Under the pieces are notes generated by a model. It ran no database searches, had not been told where the DNA came from, and saw nothing but the letters and a program-made list of their open reading frames with translations. Shown here one piece after another: positions 20,916 through 30,010 of a stretch of DNA of 64,000 nt. Positions within the stretch are counted from its first letter, which is position 1; each line of letters opens with the position of its first letter. The position numbers and the translations under genes were made by a program. The stretch is from an uncultured Chloroflexia bacterium (GTDB taxonomy: Bacteria > Chloroflexota > Limnocylindria > Limnocylindrales > CSP1-4), in NCBI GenBank assembly GCA_963713075.1, contig CAVQKO010000006.1, forward strand, positions 644,408 to 708,407. The letters are read 5' to 3'.

Positions 20916-21019
20916 ACCGATCGGCGGCCGGCGCGCCCATAACTCCGGGGCGCGCCCGGCTCACCGTCGCTTCGTGAAGGCGCCGTCCTCGGACGGCGCC
21001 TTCTGCATGCGCGAGGCCT

Positions 21020-21250
21020 TCGCCGGGGTGCCCCCCAGGGGCGTCGCGACCGCGCCCCCGCGGGCTAGCCTCGGGGCCCCCGCCCGGCTTGTTCCACCGG
21101 GCGCGACCGCGCCCCCGAGGGCCTGCCTCGGGCCCCCGCCCGGCTTGTTCCACCGGGCGCGACCGCGCCCCCGAGGGCCTGCCTCGGGCCCCCGCCCGGC
21201 TTGTTCCACCGGGCGCGACCGCGCCCCCGAGGGCCTGCCTCGGCGCCACC
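21020..21250. repeat. Tandem repeat array, 57-bp unit in about 4 copies (gggcccccgcccggcttgttccaccgggcgcgaccgcgcccccgagggcctgcctc)
   Basis: Three identical copies plus degenerate flanking copies are visible directly in the sequence. Confidence 0.8.
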
Positions 21251-21446
21251 GTCCACCGGGTGGGTGAACGGTGCGCTGCCCGCACATTCGGCCCACCTGG
21301 CGGGTGGCCGGTGCGGTGCCGGGCGCTGAGATGACCCGCGAATGCACAGTCGAACCGCCCGGCGGCCGATGCGTGCGCCGCCCGCACCGTTTAGCCGCTG
21401 GGTGGCTGCCGGGCAACATCCCCGGCACCGCGCCGCGGCGGCCCGG

Positions 21447-21800
21447 GAGGATGGCTGGCCTCCCCCATGGCCGGCCCAGTCTGCTTCCGCGATTCGCGAA
21501 CGACCCGGAAAGCGCCCGAATCCCGCGATGTTGCCCGCGGCCCGGGACCCCGGCCGGCCCGATCCCCCCAGGGCCGGCCCAGTCTGCTTCCGCGATTCGC
21601 GAACGACCCGGAAAGCGCCCGATTCCCGCGATGTTGCCGCGCGGCCCGTGAGGATGGCCGGCCCGATCCCTCCTGGCCGATCCGGCCCGATCCGCTTCCG
21701 CGTTTCGCGAACGACCCGGAAAGCGCCCGAATCCCGCGATGTCGCCCCGACGCGCCGGCCGGGCCGAGCCCCGCGATGTCGCCCCGACGCGCCGGCCGAG
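21447..21800. repeat. Tandem repeat array, about 103-bp unit in 3 copies, each containing a TTCGCGAA palindrome (…cttccgcgattcgcgaacgacccggaaagcgcccgaatcccgcgatgttgcc…)
   Basis: Three near-identical units at about 21471, 21574 and 21677, the last degenerate. The array is intergenic between iolA and a divergent or convergent Gfo gene. Confidence 0.8.
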
Positions 21801-21813
21801 CCGGGCCCCGCCC

Positions 21814-22932
21814 TCACCCCTCGCCCGAGGCGATCTCGGCGATCGAGACCCGGCGGCCATCGCGCGCGCTCAGAACCGCGGCGTCGACGATCCGCTGGTT
21901 GGCCAGGCCGTCGGCGAGGTCGGGCTTGACGGGCTGACCCGCTGCCACGGCCGAAACGAATGCCCGGCCCTGGGTCTCCTGGTGTCGGAAGACGTGCTTG
22001 TAGGTCGCGTGGACGTCATCGCGTGGCGCGCCGCCCCAGCAGCGGTCGGGGATCGGGAGGTCGTGCACGGCGGCCTCGTCAGCTCGCGCCCCGCTGACGA
22101 CCTGGAGCCGGTTCCAGTCGTTGACGTGGTGGAGGGTGCCGGCCGAGCCGTGGAGCTCGACGGCCTGGAGCTGGTTGAACGAGGACGGCTCGTGCGCCAG
22201 CGACGACACGTGGAGGTTCCCGGTGGCGCCATTCACGAACCGCAGGAGGATGACTGCGGCATCCTCGCCTCGCGGGTAGTCGGTGCCGTCGGGACGGGCG
22301 GCTCTCGGGACGCTCACGCCGAACTCGGCCGTCACCGCCTCCACCTCTCCGAAGTACCACGATGCGTAGTAGGCGAGGTGCGATCCGAGGTCACCCGCGA
22401 GCGCCGCTCCGGCCACGTCGAGGTCGAACCGCCACATGTAATCGCCGCGCCGGCCGTAGCCGGCGAAGTACCGCATGTTGAGGTGGTACGGCTGCCCGAG
22501 GTATCCCTCCTCGACGAGCTCCTTGAGGTACCGCATCCCGGGCATGTTCTTGTAGGTGAACGGCACCATCGTGGTGAGGCCCCTGGCTGCGGCGAGGTCG
22601 GCCAGCTGCCGCGCCTCGCGTGACGACATCCCAACCGGCTTCTCGCACAGGACGTGGAGCCCGCGTTCGAGCGCTGCGTGAGCGATGGGATAGTGGGACC
22701 GGTTGGGCGTGGCGACGATCAGCGCGTCGAGCCGCTCGCGCTCGAGCATCTCCTCGACCGTGTCGTACGGCTTGCCGATGCCCCACTTGGCCGCGAACTC
22801 GCGGGTGTGCTCGGGCCGAGTGCCAGCAACCGCACGCAGGTCCGCCAGCGGATGGGTCGCGATCGCCGGCAGGTACATCGAGTCGGCCCACCAGCTGGTG
22901 CCCGCGATGCCGATCCTGACCTTGTCAGCCAT
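21814..22932 (-). CDS. Gfo/Idh/MocA-family NAD(P)-dependent oxidoreductase
   Basis: The N-terminal Rossmann fold (VRIGIAGTSWWA) and EKP motif (VLCEKPV) are typical of inositol or sugar dehydrogenases. Confidence 0.8.
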   Translation of the reverse strand: MADKVRIGIAGTSWWADSMYLPAIATHPLADLRAVAGTRPEHTREFAAKWGIGKPYDTVEEMLERERLDALIVATPNRSHYPIAHAALERGLHVLCEKPVGMSSREARQLADLAAARGLTTMVPFTYKNMPGMRYLKELVEEGYLGQPYHLNMRYFAGYGRRGDYMWRFDLDVAGAALAGDLGSHLAYYASWYFGEVEAVTAEFGVSVPRAARPDGTDYPRGEDAAVILLRFVNGATGNLHVSSLAHEPSSFNQLQAVELHGSAGTLHHVNDWNRLQVVSGARADEAAVHDLPIPDRCWGGAPRDDVHATYKHVFRHQETQGRAFVSAVAAGQPVKPDLADGLANQRIVDAAVLSARDGRRVSIAEIASGEG

Positions 22933-23249
22933 GTCGCCTCCTCGCGCTCAGCCGGAACCGTGTCACGTCGGACGACCCGCGGTCCACCCGGCGCGTCGAG
23001 CATCGCCCCAATGCCACGGCTCAGGAATTTATCGAGGAACCCGAACTGCCGCCGCGGAGCCCGACGGCCCCGCCCGTCGGCGCCATACAGTCGCCGGGCG
23101 CATGCAAGGCGGGCCGGGCTGGCCGAGGGAAGGCGGTCGACGCCGAATCGACGCCTGATCTCTGCCTCCTACGCCCCGAGACTGGATGGCGCGGAAACGG
23201 CCGCCGGTTCCCGCCGAGCAGTCGTCCCACGACTGGATGGCGCACCCGC

Positions 23250-23400
23250 GGCGCGGACACCCGGCGCGTCGACGGATCCGCGGCGCGGCCGCCCGGCGAG
23301 GGTTCCGCCCCGCGTCGAGCGAACGGCCACCCGCCCCGCGTCGAGGGCGCGGCCGCCCGGCGAGGGATCCGCCCCCGCGCCCCGGGGAACCGCCACTCCG
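23250..23400. repeat. Degenerate direct repeats (cgcgtcgag…ggccgcccggcgaggg[at]tccgcc, about 3 copies)
   Basis: Seen directly in the intergenic region between two minus-strand genes. Confidence 0.5.
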
Positions 23401-23403
23401 TCG

Positions 23404-24303
23404 CTAGACCCCGATCGACCGCAGGTACTCCCGGTTGCGCCGGGCGCTCTCGCGCGGGTTGCCCATTCCCGGAAGCACGTCCTGCTCGACGACAATCCAG
23501 CCCCCGTAGTCGATGTCCGCGAGCGCCGTGAGCATGCCCGGGAAGTCCACGGAGCCCTTGCCCAGCTCGCAGAACACCCCGCGGCCCACGGACTCGGGTC
23601 CGCTGAGCTCGTCGGAGCGCGAGGCGGCCATGATGGCCGGGTCGGCGTCCTTGAAGTGGACGTGCCACACGCGGTCGCGGAACTCGCGCACGGCCGCCAC
23701 CGGGTCGCCGCCGGCGCCGAAGGTCCAGTGGCCGGTGTCGAGGCACAGGCCCAGCACCGACGGGTCGGTCATGTCGAACAGCTTGCGGGCCTCGGCCTCG
23801 GTCTCGATCCAGGTCCCGATGTGCTGGTGGACGACCGTCCGGATCCCGGCCTCGTCCCACACGCGTTTGGCGACGTAGTTGGCGCCGTCGGCGAGGACCT
23901 TGAACTGCTCGTCGGTGAGGGCGTCCTCTGGCCGGACCCGGCCGGCGATCGTGGTCCGGCACGGATCGCCGTAGGGGTCGTTGCCGAGCACGACGACCGC
24001 GTCCTTGCCGCCGACGCGGGCGAGCTGCTTGCCCGTCCGCACGGCGTCGTCGGCCGAGCTCTGGTGCCTCGAGCGGTCGTGCAGCCAGACGCTGACCCAG
24101 GAGCCCACGAGCGCGAGTCCGCGCGCGTCGAGCTCGCCCCGGAGCTGGTCGGGGTCGGTGGGCATGAAGCCCCAGTCGCCGAGCTCGGTGCCGGCGTAGC
24201 CGGTCTCGGCCATCTCGTCGATGACCTTCACGTAGCCGGCGGTCTCTCCGTCGATGCCCTCGATCACGCCCCACGAGCAGGGCGCGTTGGCGATGCGAAC
24301 CAT
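23404..24303 (-). CDS. Sugar-phosphate isomerase/epimerase (xylose-isomerase-like TIM barrel; IolE/IolI-like)
   Basis: The protein is about 299 aa with TIM-barrel metal-site H/D/E residues (HVHFKD, LDTGH). Confidence 0.7.
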   Translation of the reverse strand: MVRIANAPCSWGVIEGIDGETAGYVKVIDEMAETGYAGTELGDWGFMPTDPDQLRGELDARGLALVGSWVSVWLHDRSRHQSSADDAVRTGKQLARVGGKDAVVVLGNDPYGDPCRTTIAGRVRPEDALTDEQFKVLADGANYVAKRVWDEAGIRTVVHQHIGTWIETEAEARKLFDMTDPSVLGLCLDTGHWTFGAGGDPVAAVREFRDRVWHVHFKDADPAIMAASRSDELSGPESVGRGVFCELGKGSVDFPGMLTALADIDYGGWIVVEQDVLPGMGNPRESARRNREYLRSIGV

Positions 24304-24375
24304 CTGCTGTCTCCGATGAACTCGCCGGCTTTCGTGCCGGCACGGTGTCTGGTGGCCGCCGGTGGCGACAGGGCG

Positions 24376-25419
24376 TCAGGCCCGGGCGCCTCCTGGGGCG
24401 ACTGGGCCGGTGGACTCGCGAACCTGCAGCACCATCGGGACGCGGATGGTCTCGGGGGCGATGCCGCCCTCACCGGCGTCGAGCATCGTCAGCAGGCGCT
24501 CGACGGCCATTCGGCCCATCTCCGCCTTCTGCTGCGCGACGGTGGTGAGGGACGGCACGATCCAGGATGCGGCGGCGATGTCGTCGCAGCCGACGACGCT
24601 GATGTCGTCGGGGACGCGGATCCCGGCGGCCCGGAGCGCCCGCATCGCCCCGATCGCCGTGATGTCGTTGTGGCACGCGATCGCTGTGACGTCGGTCCCC
24701 GCGGCGAGCAGCTCGGCCACGGCCTGCTCGCCGCCCTCGAAGAGCGCGTCGCCGTGCAGTTCGACGATCGCGGACGCCGCAATTCCCGCGGCCTCGCAGG
24801 CGGCCCGGAAGCCCTCGATCCGCGGCACGTCCGCTGTGATGCCGTCGAGGGCGCGGATGTAGGCCAGGCGCCGGTGACCGAGACCGATGAGGTGCTCGGC
24901 CACCATGCGCATGCCGGTGCGGTTGTCGCTCGTGATGACGGTGATGGGCACACTGGCGGGCTCGGCGTTGACGACCACGACGGGCACGGGGCTCTCGGCC
25001 AGCCATCGCCAGCTCTCGTCCGACACCTGGCTCGAGGCCACGATCATCCCGTCGACGCGCCGATCGGCCATCAGGTCGAGGTAGTGGACGGCGCGGTGCT
25101 CGTCGAAGGCAGCCGAGCCGAGCAGGATCGAGTAGCCCACGTGGCGGGCAGCGTCGTCGGCGGCCCTGACCAGCTCCGGGAAGAACGGGTTCTGGATGTC
25201 GGTGACGATCAGCCCGAAGGTGTGGGTCCGGCGCATCCGCAGGGACCGGGCCACGGCCGACGGGCGATAGTCGAGCGCCTCGACGGCGGCCATGACCGCG
25301 TCGGCCGTCTCCGTCTTGGGGTTCCCGATTCCGGCGAGGACTCGGCTCACCGTCGCGGTGGAGACGCCCGCCATCCGCGCGACGTCGCGGATGGTTGCGG
25401 GTCCGCCGCGCTCCCTCAT
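24376..25419 (-). CDS. LacI-family transcriptional regulator (candidate repressor of the iol regulon)
   Basis: The HTH is at the N-terminus (IRDVARMAGVSTATVSRVL) and is followed by a periplasmic-binding-fold sugar-binding domain. Confidence 0.85.
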   Translation of the reverse strand: MRERGGPATIRDVARMAGVSTATVSRVLAGIGNPKTETADAVMAAVEALDYRPSAVARSLRMRRTHTFGLIVTDIQNPFFPELVRAADDAARHVGYSILLGSAAFDEHRAVHYLDLMADRRVDGMIVASSQVSDESWRWLAESPVPVVVVNAEPASVPITVITSDNRTGMRMVAEHLIGLGHRRLAYIRALDGITADVPRIEGFRAACEAAGIAASAIVELHGDALFEGGEQAVAELLAAGTDVTAIACHNDITAIGAMRALRAAGIRVPDDISVVGCDDIAAASWIVPSLTTVAQQKAEMGRMAVERLLTMLDAGEGGIAPETIRVPMVLQVRESTGPVAPGGARA

Positions 25420-25565
25420 GCCCGGGTCACCTCGCGGCAGCCATCGGCTTCGACCGGCCGGCTGCCTGCCGCATCGCCCGTGGTTCCCGTGCGCCGCATC
25501 AGAATTCCCTCCGGAGCCTCCGCGGCCTCCGCCATGCGTCGGCCGTTCTCCAATGTCGTGCGAGC

Positions 25566-25577
25566 GTAATCGATTTC
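25566..25577. promoter_or_regulatory. Operator GTAATCGATTTC upstream of the LacI regulator gene (possible autoregulation)
   Basis: Matches the palindromic consensus with one mismatch. Confidence 0.45.
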
Positions 25578-25800
25578 GCAGCCTAGTGGACGCGGTGGCG
25601 CGGCGTCAAGGCGACAACATCACAATTGTCGACAACATCACAATCGCCTCGAGCGGTGTCGCGCGATGGCTGCAACCGCATGCGCCTTCGCCCCGCCCGC
25701 GCTCCTCGGAGCCCCAGACGGCTCGCCCATCTCGCGACCTGGCCGGCAGTCGGCGGTCTGACCCATCTCCCGACGTGGCCTGCCCTCGGGGGACCAGGCC

Positions 25801-26793
25801 TCAGCCGACCTTGACCACCCGGCCGGTCGCGACGCTCTCGTTCGCCGCCTCGGCGAGGACCAGGGCGGCCCGGCCGTCGGCGAACCCGACCGACGGGGCG
25901 CGGTCCGCCTTGACCGCCGAGACGAACTCGTCGAGCTCGGCCCTGAACGCCGGCATGTACCGCTCGAGGAAGAAGTTGAGGATCGGGCCCGCGGCCTCGG
26001 TCCGGGTCGCGCTGGCCGCCCGGACGGTCGTGGCGGTCCAGTTGCCGGCCTCGAGCGAGCCCAGGTCGCCGAACGCCTCGAGCCGCTGGTCGTAGCCGTA
26101 CGCGCAGGAGCGGCTGTTGACGATGGTGCACAGGGCGCCCGACGCCGCCCGCATCGTCAACATCGCCTGCGCGTGGTCACCGGCCTCCCTGAACGCGTCG
26201 AGGCCATTGTCCGACGCGACCGCGGACACCTCGACGATGTCGCCCAGCTGGAAGCGGGCCATGTCGAAGTCGTGGATGGTCATGTCCTTGAACATGCCGC
26301 CCGACACGCCCAGGTACGCGGCGGGCGGGGGCTGGGGGTCGCGCGACGTGATGCGCAGCGCCCGGACGATGCCGATCTCGCCCTGCTCGACACGCGCCTT
26401 GACCTCCCGGTACGACGGGTCGAACCGGCGGCAGAAGCCGAGCATCACGAACGGCGCCCTGGGCGCGATCTCGGCCCACGCGGCGTCGACCTCGGCCAGG
26501 TCGAGGTCGATCGGCTTCTCGAGCAGGATCTTCTTGCCCGAGTCGACCGCGCGGCGGAGCATGTCGATGTGGGTGTTGGTCGGCGTGCCGATCACGACCG
26601 CGTCGATCGAGGCGTCGCTGAAGGCGTCCTCAGGATCGAGACTCCACGTCGCGCCGTGCTTGGCGCCGAGCGCCGAGGCGGCCGACTCGATCGGATCGAC
26701 GACCAGGGCCAGCTCGGCCTCTGGGTTCTGGCTGATCGAGGTCGCGTGGACCTGGCCGACCCGGCCAGCCCCCAACATCGCGATGCGGAGCAT
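25801..26793 (-). CDS. iolG: Inositol 2-dehydrogenase (Gfo/Idh/MocA family)
   Basis: ATG at 26791-26793 with an AGGAGG RBS. The N-terminus is MLRIAMLGAGRVGQVH and an EKP motif is present. The product is 330 aa. Confidence 0.8.
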   Translation of the reverse strand: MLRIAMLGAGRVGQVHATSISQNPEAELALVVDPIESAASALGAKHGATWSLDPEDAFSDASIDAVVIGTPTNTHIDMLRRAVDSGKKILLEKPIDLDLAEVDAAWAEIAPRAPFVMLGFCRRFDPSYREVKARVEQGEIGIVRALRITSRDPQPPPAAYLGVSGGMFKDMTIHDFDMARFQLGDIVEVSAVASDNGLDAFREAGDHAQAMLTMRAASGALCTIVNSRSCAYGYDQRLEAFGDLGSLEAGNWTATTVRAASATRTEAAGPILNFFLERYMPAFRAELDEFVSAVKADRAPSVGFADGRAALVLAEAANESVATGRVVKVG

Positions 26794-26943
26794 GTGCGGT
26801 GCCTCCTGGTGAACCTCGTCGGGGCGCAGCGCAGACGTGCCGCTGCCGGGTCGGAGTTGACGAACTGGCCACGATCCGAGCCCCGCCGCCACCCGGCGGA
26901 ATCCGCGCGAGGGTTGCGCCCGAGGGTCCGATCGGTCTAGAGT

Positions 26944-26955
26944 GTAAACGATTAC
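26944..26955. promoter_or_regulatory. Operator GTAAACGATTAC in the divergent iolG/iolD promoter region
   Basis: A near-perfect palindrome centred between the two divergent genes. Confidence 0.55.
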
Positions 26956-27034
26956 CGACGCTAGTGCACCCCTGTTGTCCGGCGCTGACCCGCCTGGGCT
27001 CCAACCTCCGCGGTTCCTTGAGAGGAGGCTCCCG

Positions 27035-28915
27035 TTGTCCACCATCCGGCTGACGGTCGGACAGGCGATCGTGCAATTCCTGGCCGCCCAGTACGTCGAG
27101 CGCGACGGCGTCGAGAACCGCTTCATCGCGGGCGTGTGGGGCATCTTCGGGCACGGCAACGTGGCGGGCCTCGGCCAGGCCCTCGAGGAGCTGGGCGCGG
27201 AGTACGAGATGCCGTACTACCGGCCGCAGAACGAGCAGGCCCAGGTCCACCTCGCGTCGGCCTACGCCAAGCACAAGAACCGGCTCCAGACCTTCGCCTG
27301 CATCAGCTCGATCGGGCCCGGCGCCACGAACATGGTCACCGGCGCCGCGCAGGCCACCGTCAACCGCCTGCCAGTCCTGCTGTTCCCGTCGGACTACTTC
27401 GCGAACCGCCTCCCCGACCCGGTGCTCCAGCAGGTCGAGCACCCGGTCGAGCACGACGTGTCGGCCAACGACGCGTTCCGCCCGGTCAGCCGCTATTTCG
27501 ACCGGATCAGCCGCCCGGAGCAGCTCCTCTCCTCGCTCCCCGAGGCCTTCCGCGTGCTGACCGACCCCGCCGAGACCGGAGCCGTCACGGTCGCCCTGCC
27601 CGAGGACGTCCAGGCCGAGCCCTACGACTGGCCGGAGCGCTTCTTCGAGAAGCGCGTGTGGCACGTCCGCCGGCCGGTGCCCGAGCCGGCCATCCTGGCC
27701 GAGGTCGCGGACCTGGTCCGCGCCGCGAAGAAGCCGCTGATCGTCGCCGGCGGCGGCGCCATCTACTCGGGCGCCGAGATGGCCCTCGGCGCCTTCGCCA
27801 CCACGTACGGCATCCCGGTCAGCGAGAGCCAGGCTGGCAAGGGCGTGCTGCCCTGGAACCACCCGATGAACGTGGGTCCGGTGGGCGCGGCCGGCGGCCT
27901 GGCCGCGAACCGCCTCGCCAAGGAGGCGGACCTGGTCATTGGCATCGGCACCCGGATGGGCGACTTCGTCACCGCGTCCAAGACCGCCTTCCAGAACGAG
28001 GACGCTGCCTTCGTCGGCATCAACCTCAACGGCTTCGACGCCCACAAGCTCCGGGCGGTGGCCCTCGTCGCCGATGCCCGCGAGGCGCTCCTGTCGCTCA
28101 CGGCGGCCCTGGCCGACCACCCCGGCACCGACCAGGCGTACCGCGACCGGATCGGCGACCTCAAGGAGGAGTGGGACGCCCGGGTCACCTTCCACCGCAC
28201 GCCGAGCGGTGAGCCGGGCGACCTGGCCCAGCCCGAGGTGATCGGCATCGTCAACGACGCGGTGGGCGGCCACGCCACCGTCGTCTGCGCGGCCGGCAGC
28301 CTGCCCGGCGACCTGCTCAAGCTGTGGCGGCCCGAGGACTCGAAGGCCTACCACCTCGAGTACGGCTACTCCTGCATGGGCTACGAGATCCCGGCCGGCA
28401 TCGGGGTCAAGATGGCCGAGCCCGAGCGCGAGGTGGTGGTCGCCATCGGCGACGGCACCTACCTGATGCTCAACTCTGAGATCGTCACCGCGGTCGCCGA
28501 GGGCATCAAGATCACCGTGGTCGTGTTCGACAACCACGGCTACCAGTGCATCAAGGACCTCGCCTGGAGCTGCGGCGTGCCCCAGTTCGGCAACGAGCTC
28601 CGCTTCCGCGAGGCCGGCACAGGGCGCCTGACCGGCGGCTACATCCCGGTGGACTTCGCCAAGCACGGCGAGGCCATGGGGGCCATCGGCGTCACGGCGC
28701 ACACCGAGCAGGAGATCCGCGACGCGCTCGCCGCCGCCCGCAACGCCGACCGCCCGACCGTCATCCACGTGCTGGTCTCGCCCGACAAGCGCGCCCCCGG
28801 CTACGAGAGCTGGTGGGACGTGCCGCCGGCCCAGGTCAGCGGCTCGGACCTCGTCGTCGCGGCCCGCGCCCGCTACGAGCAGGCCGCAACACTCCAGCGA
28901 GAGGAACTCGCCTAG
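27035..28915 (+). CDS. iolD: 3D-(3,5/4)-trihydroxycyclohexane-1,2-dione hydrolase (ThDP-dependent)
   Basis: TTG start at 27035 after a GAGAGGAGG RBS. ThDP-enzyme architecture with a GDG...N motif (IGDGTYLMLNSE). The length is typical of IolD. Confidence 0.85.
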   Translation: MSTIRLTVGQAIVQFLAAQYVERDGVENRFIAGVWGIFGHGNVAGLGQALEELGAEYEMPYYRPQNEQAQVHLASAYAKHKNRLQTFACISSIGPGATNMVTGAAQATVNRLPVLLFPSDYFANRLPDPVLQQVEHPVEHDVSANDAFRPVSRYFDRISRPEQLLSSLPEAFRVLTDPAETGAVTVALPEDVQAEPYDWPERFFEKRVWHVRRPVPEPAILAEVADLVRAAKKPLIVAGGGAIYSGAEMALGAFATTYGIPVSESQAGKGVLPWNHPMNVGPVGAAGGLAANRLAKEADLVIGIGTRMGDFVTASKTAFQNEDAAFVGINLNGFDAHKLRAVALVADAREALLSLTAALADHPGTDQAYRDRIGDLKEEWDARVTFHRTPSGEPGDLAQPEVIGIVNDAVGGHATVVCAAGSLPGDLLKLWRPEDSKAYHLEYGYSCMGYEIPAGIGVKMAEPEREVVVAIGDGTYLMLNSEIVTAVAEGIKITVVVFDNHGYQCIKDLAWSCGVPQFGNELRFREAGTGRLTGGYIPVDFAKHGEAMGAIGVTAHTEQEIRDALAAARNADRPTVIHVLVSPDKRAPGYESWWDVPPAQVSGSDLVVAARARYEQAATLQREELA

Positions 28916-28942
28916 TCCGTGTCCCGCCGTCCCGAACCAGGA

Positions 28943-29821
28943 GGAGCTGGCGTGAGGATCGCGACCGCGGTCGTCAACTGGAACAACCCGGACATCCCGG
29001 ATGTGTTCCCGTGGATGCCCTACGGCGAGGCGCTCGACCACATGGTCGAGGCCGGCTACGACGCCACCGAGTGGGGCCCGTCGATGCCGACCGACCCCGA
29101 GGAGCTGCGCGAGGCATTGGGCTCACGCGGGCTCGACCTGGTGGGCGCGTTCGTCGGGCTCGGCTTCCGGGACCGCGATCGCTGGGAGGCCGAGCTCGAG
29201 CGGGCCCTCGGCATCGCGGACTTCCTCGCCGCGAACGGCGGCAGGGTGCTGATCGCGGCGGAGGCCGGCGACGACCGCCGCCGGGGCGAGGCGGGCCACG
29301 TGGACGAGTCCCGTGGCCTGACCGGCGCGCAGTGGCGCAACCTGGGCGAGGGCCTCGAGACGCTGGCCCGCAGGGTCGGCGGGCTGGGCATGACCCTCGC
29401 CTTCCACAACCACGTGGGGACATACGTCGAGACGCCCGGCGAGACCGCGCGCCTGCTCGAGGAGACCGACCCCGCGCTCGTCGGCTGGTGCCTCGACATC
29501 GGCCACCTCGCGTTCGGCGGCGGGCGCGCGGTCGACCTGCTGCCGCGCTACGCTGGGCGCGTCAGGCACGTGCACGTCAAGGACGTGGACGCCGCGGTTC
29601 TGGCCAAGGCGACGAGCGACCGGTGGTCATTCGGGCAGGCGCTCGCGCACTTCATCTTCCCGCCGCTGGGCGAGGGGATGGCCCAGATCCCGGCCGTTGT
29701 CGACGCCCTGCAGAGCGTCGGCTACGACGGCTGGTACGTCATCGAGCAGGACACCGCGCCTGACCCGACGTCCACCGCTACCGCCAACCGCATCTATCTG
29801 GAGGGACTGCTCGGGATCTGA
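28943..29821 (+). CDS. Sugar-phosphate isomerase/epimerase (xylose-isomerase-like TIM barrel), second paralog
   Basis: GTG start after a CAGGAGGAG RBS. It lies 4-28 nt downstream of iolD. The TIM-barrel H/D/E sites include HVHVKD. Confidence 0.7.
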   Translation, partial: GAGVRIATAVVNWNNPDIPDVFPWMPYGEALDHMVEAGYDATEWGPSMPTDPEELREALGSRGLDLVGAFVGLGFRDRDRWEAELERALGIADFLAANGGRVLIAAEAGDDRRRGEAGHVDESRGLTGAQWRNLGEGLETLARRVGGLGMTLAFHNHVGTYVETPGETARLLEETDPALVGWCLDIGHLAFGGGRAVDLLPRYAGRVRHVHVKDVDAAVLAKATSDRWSFGQALAHFIFPPLGEGMAQIPAVVDALQSVGYDGWYVIEQDTAPDPTSTATANRIYLEGLLGI

Positions 29822-29896
29822 TCGTTGTGGCGCACCGGTCTGCGAAACCGCTTGAACTTCCATGGTTGACAGGCGGCTTCGACACGACTAACGTCT

Positions 29897-29908
29897 GCAA
29901 TCGATTAC
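29897..29908. promoter_or_regulatory. Operator GCAATCGATTAC upstream of the ABC substrate-binding protein gene
   Basis: Embedded in a larger inverted repeat, ACGTC…GACGT. Confidence 0.55.
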
Positions 29909-30010
29909 GCGACGTTCGCGACCTCGCTATGGGACCCGCTTGGAGGGCGGCAGCAGGCGCGCTCGGAGGTGATCGACCAGGCCTTTAGCTCACGGAGGAG
30001 TGGAGACAAC

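Noticed and set aside
21447-21800. Possible CRISPR array
   Set aside because: The sequences between the conserved cores are themselves repeated and near-identical, so they are not unique spacers. The repeat unit is about 103 bp, not 28–37 bp. No cas genes are present.
20848-21937. Several 150–300-aa ORFs through the tandem-repeat intergenic region
   Set aside because: They are translations of repeated DNA and periodic Pro/Arg/Gly low-complexity strings. They have no start or RBS context.
22654-25569. 971-aa ORF on the plus strand
   Set aside because: It runs antisense to three well-supported minus-strand genes (Gfo oxidoreductase, TIM-barrel isomerase, LacI regulator). Its composition is Arg/Gly/Pro/Ala-rich, which is typical of GC3-skew artefacts in 72% GC DNA. 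It has no domain signatures.
26630-29041. 803-aa minus-strand ORF antisense to iolD
   Set aside because: It runs antisense to a gene with clear ThDP-enzyme motifs and has low-complexity composition.
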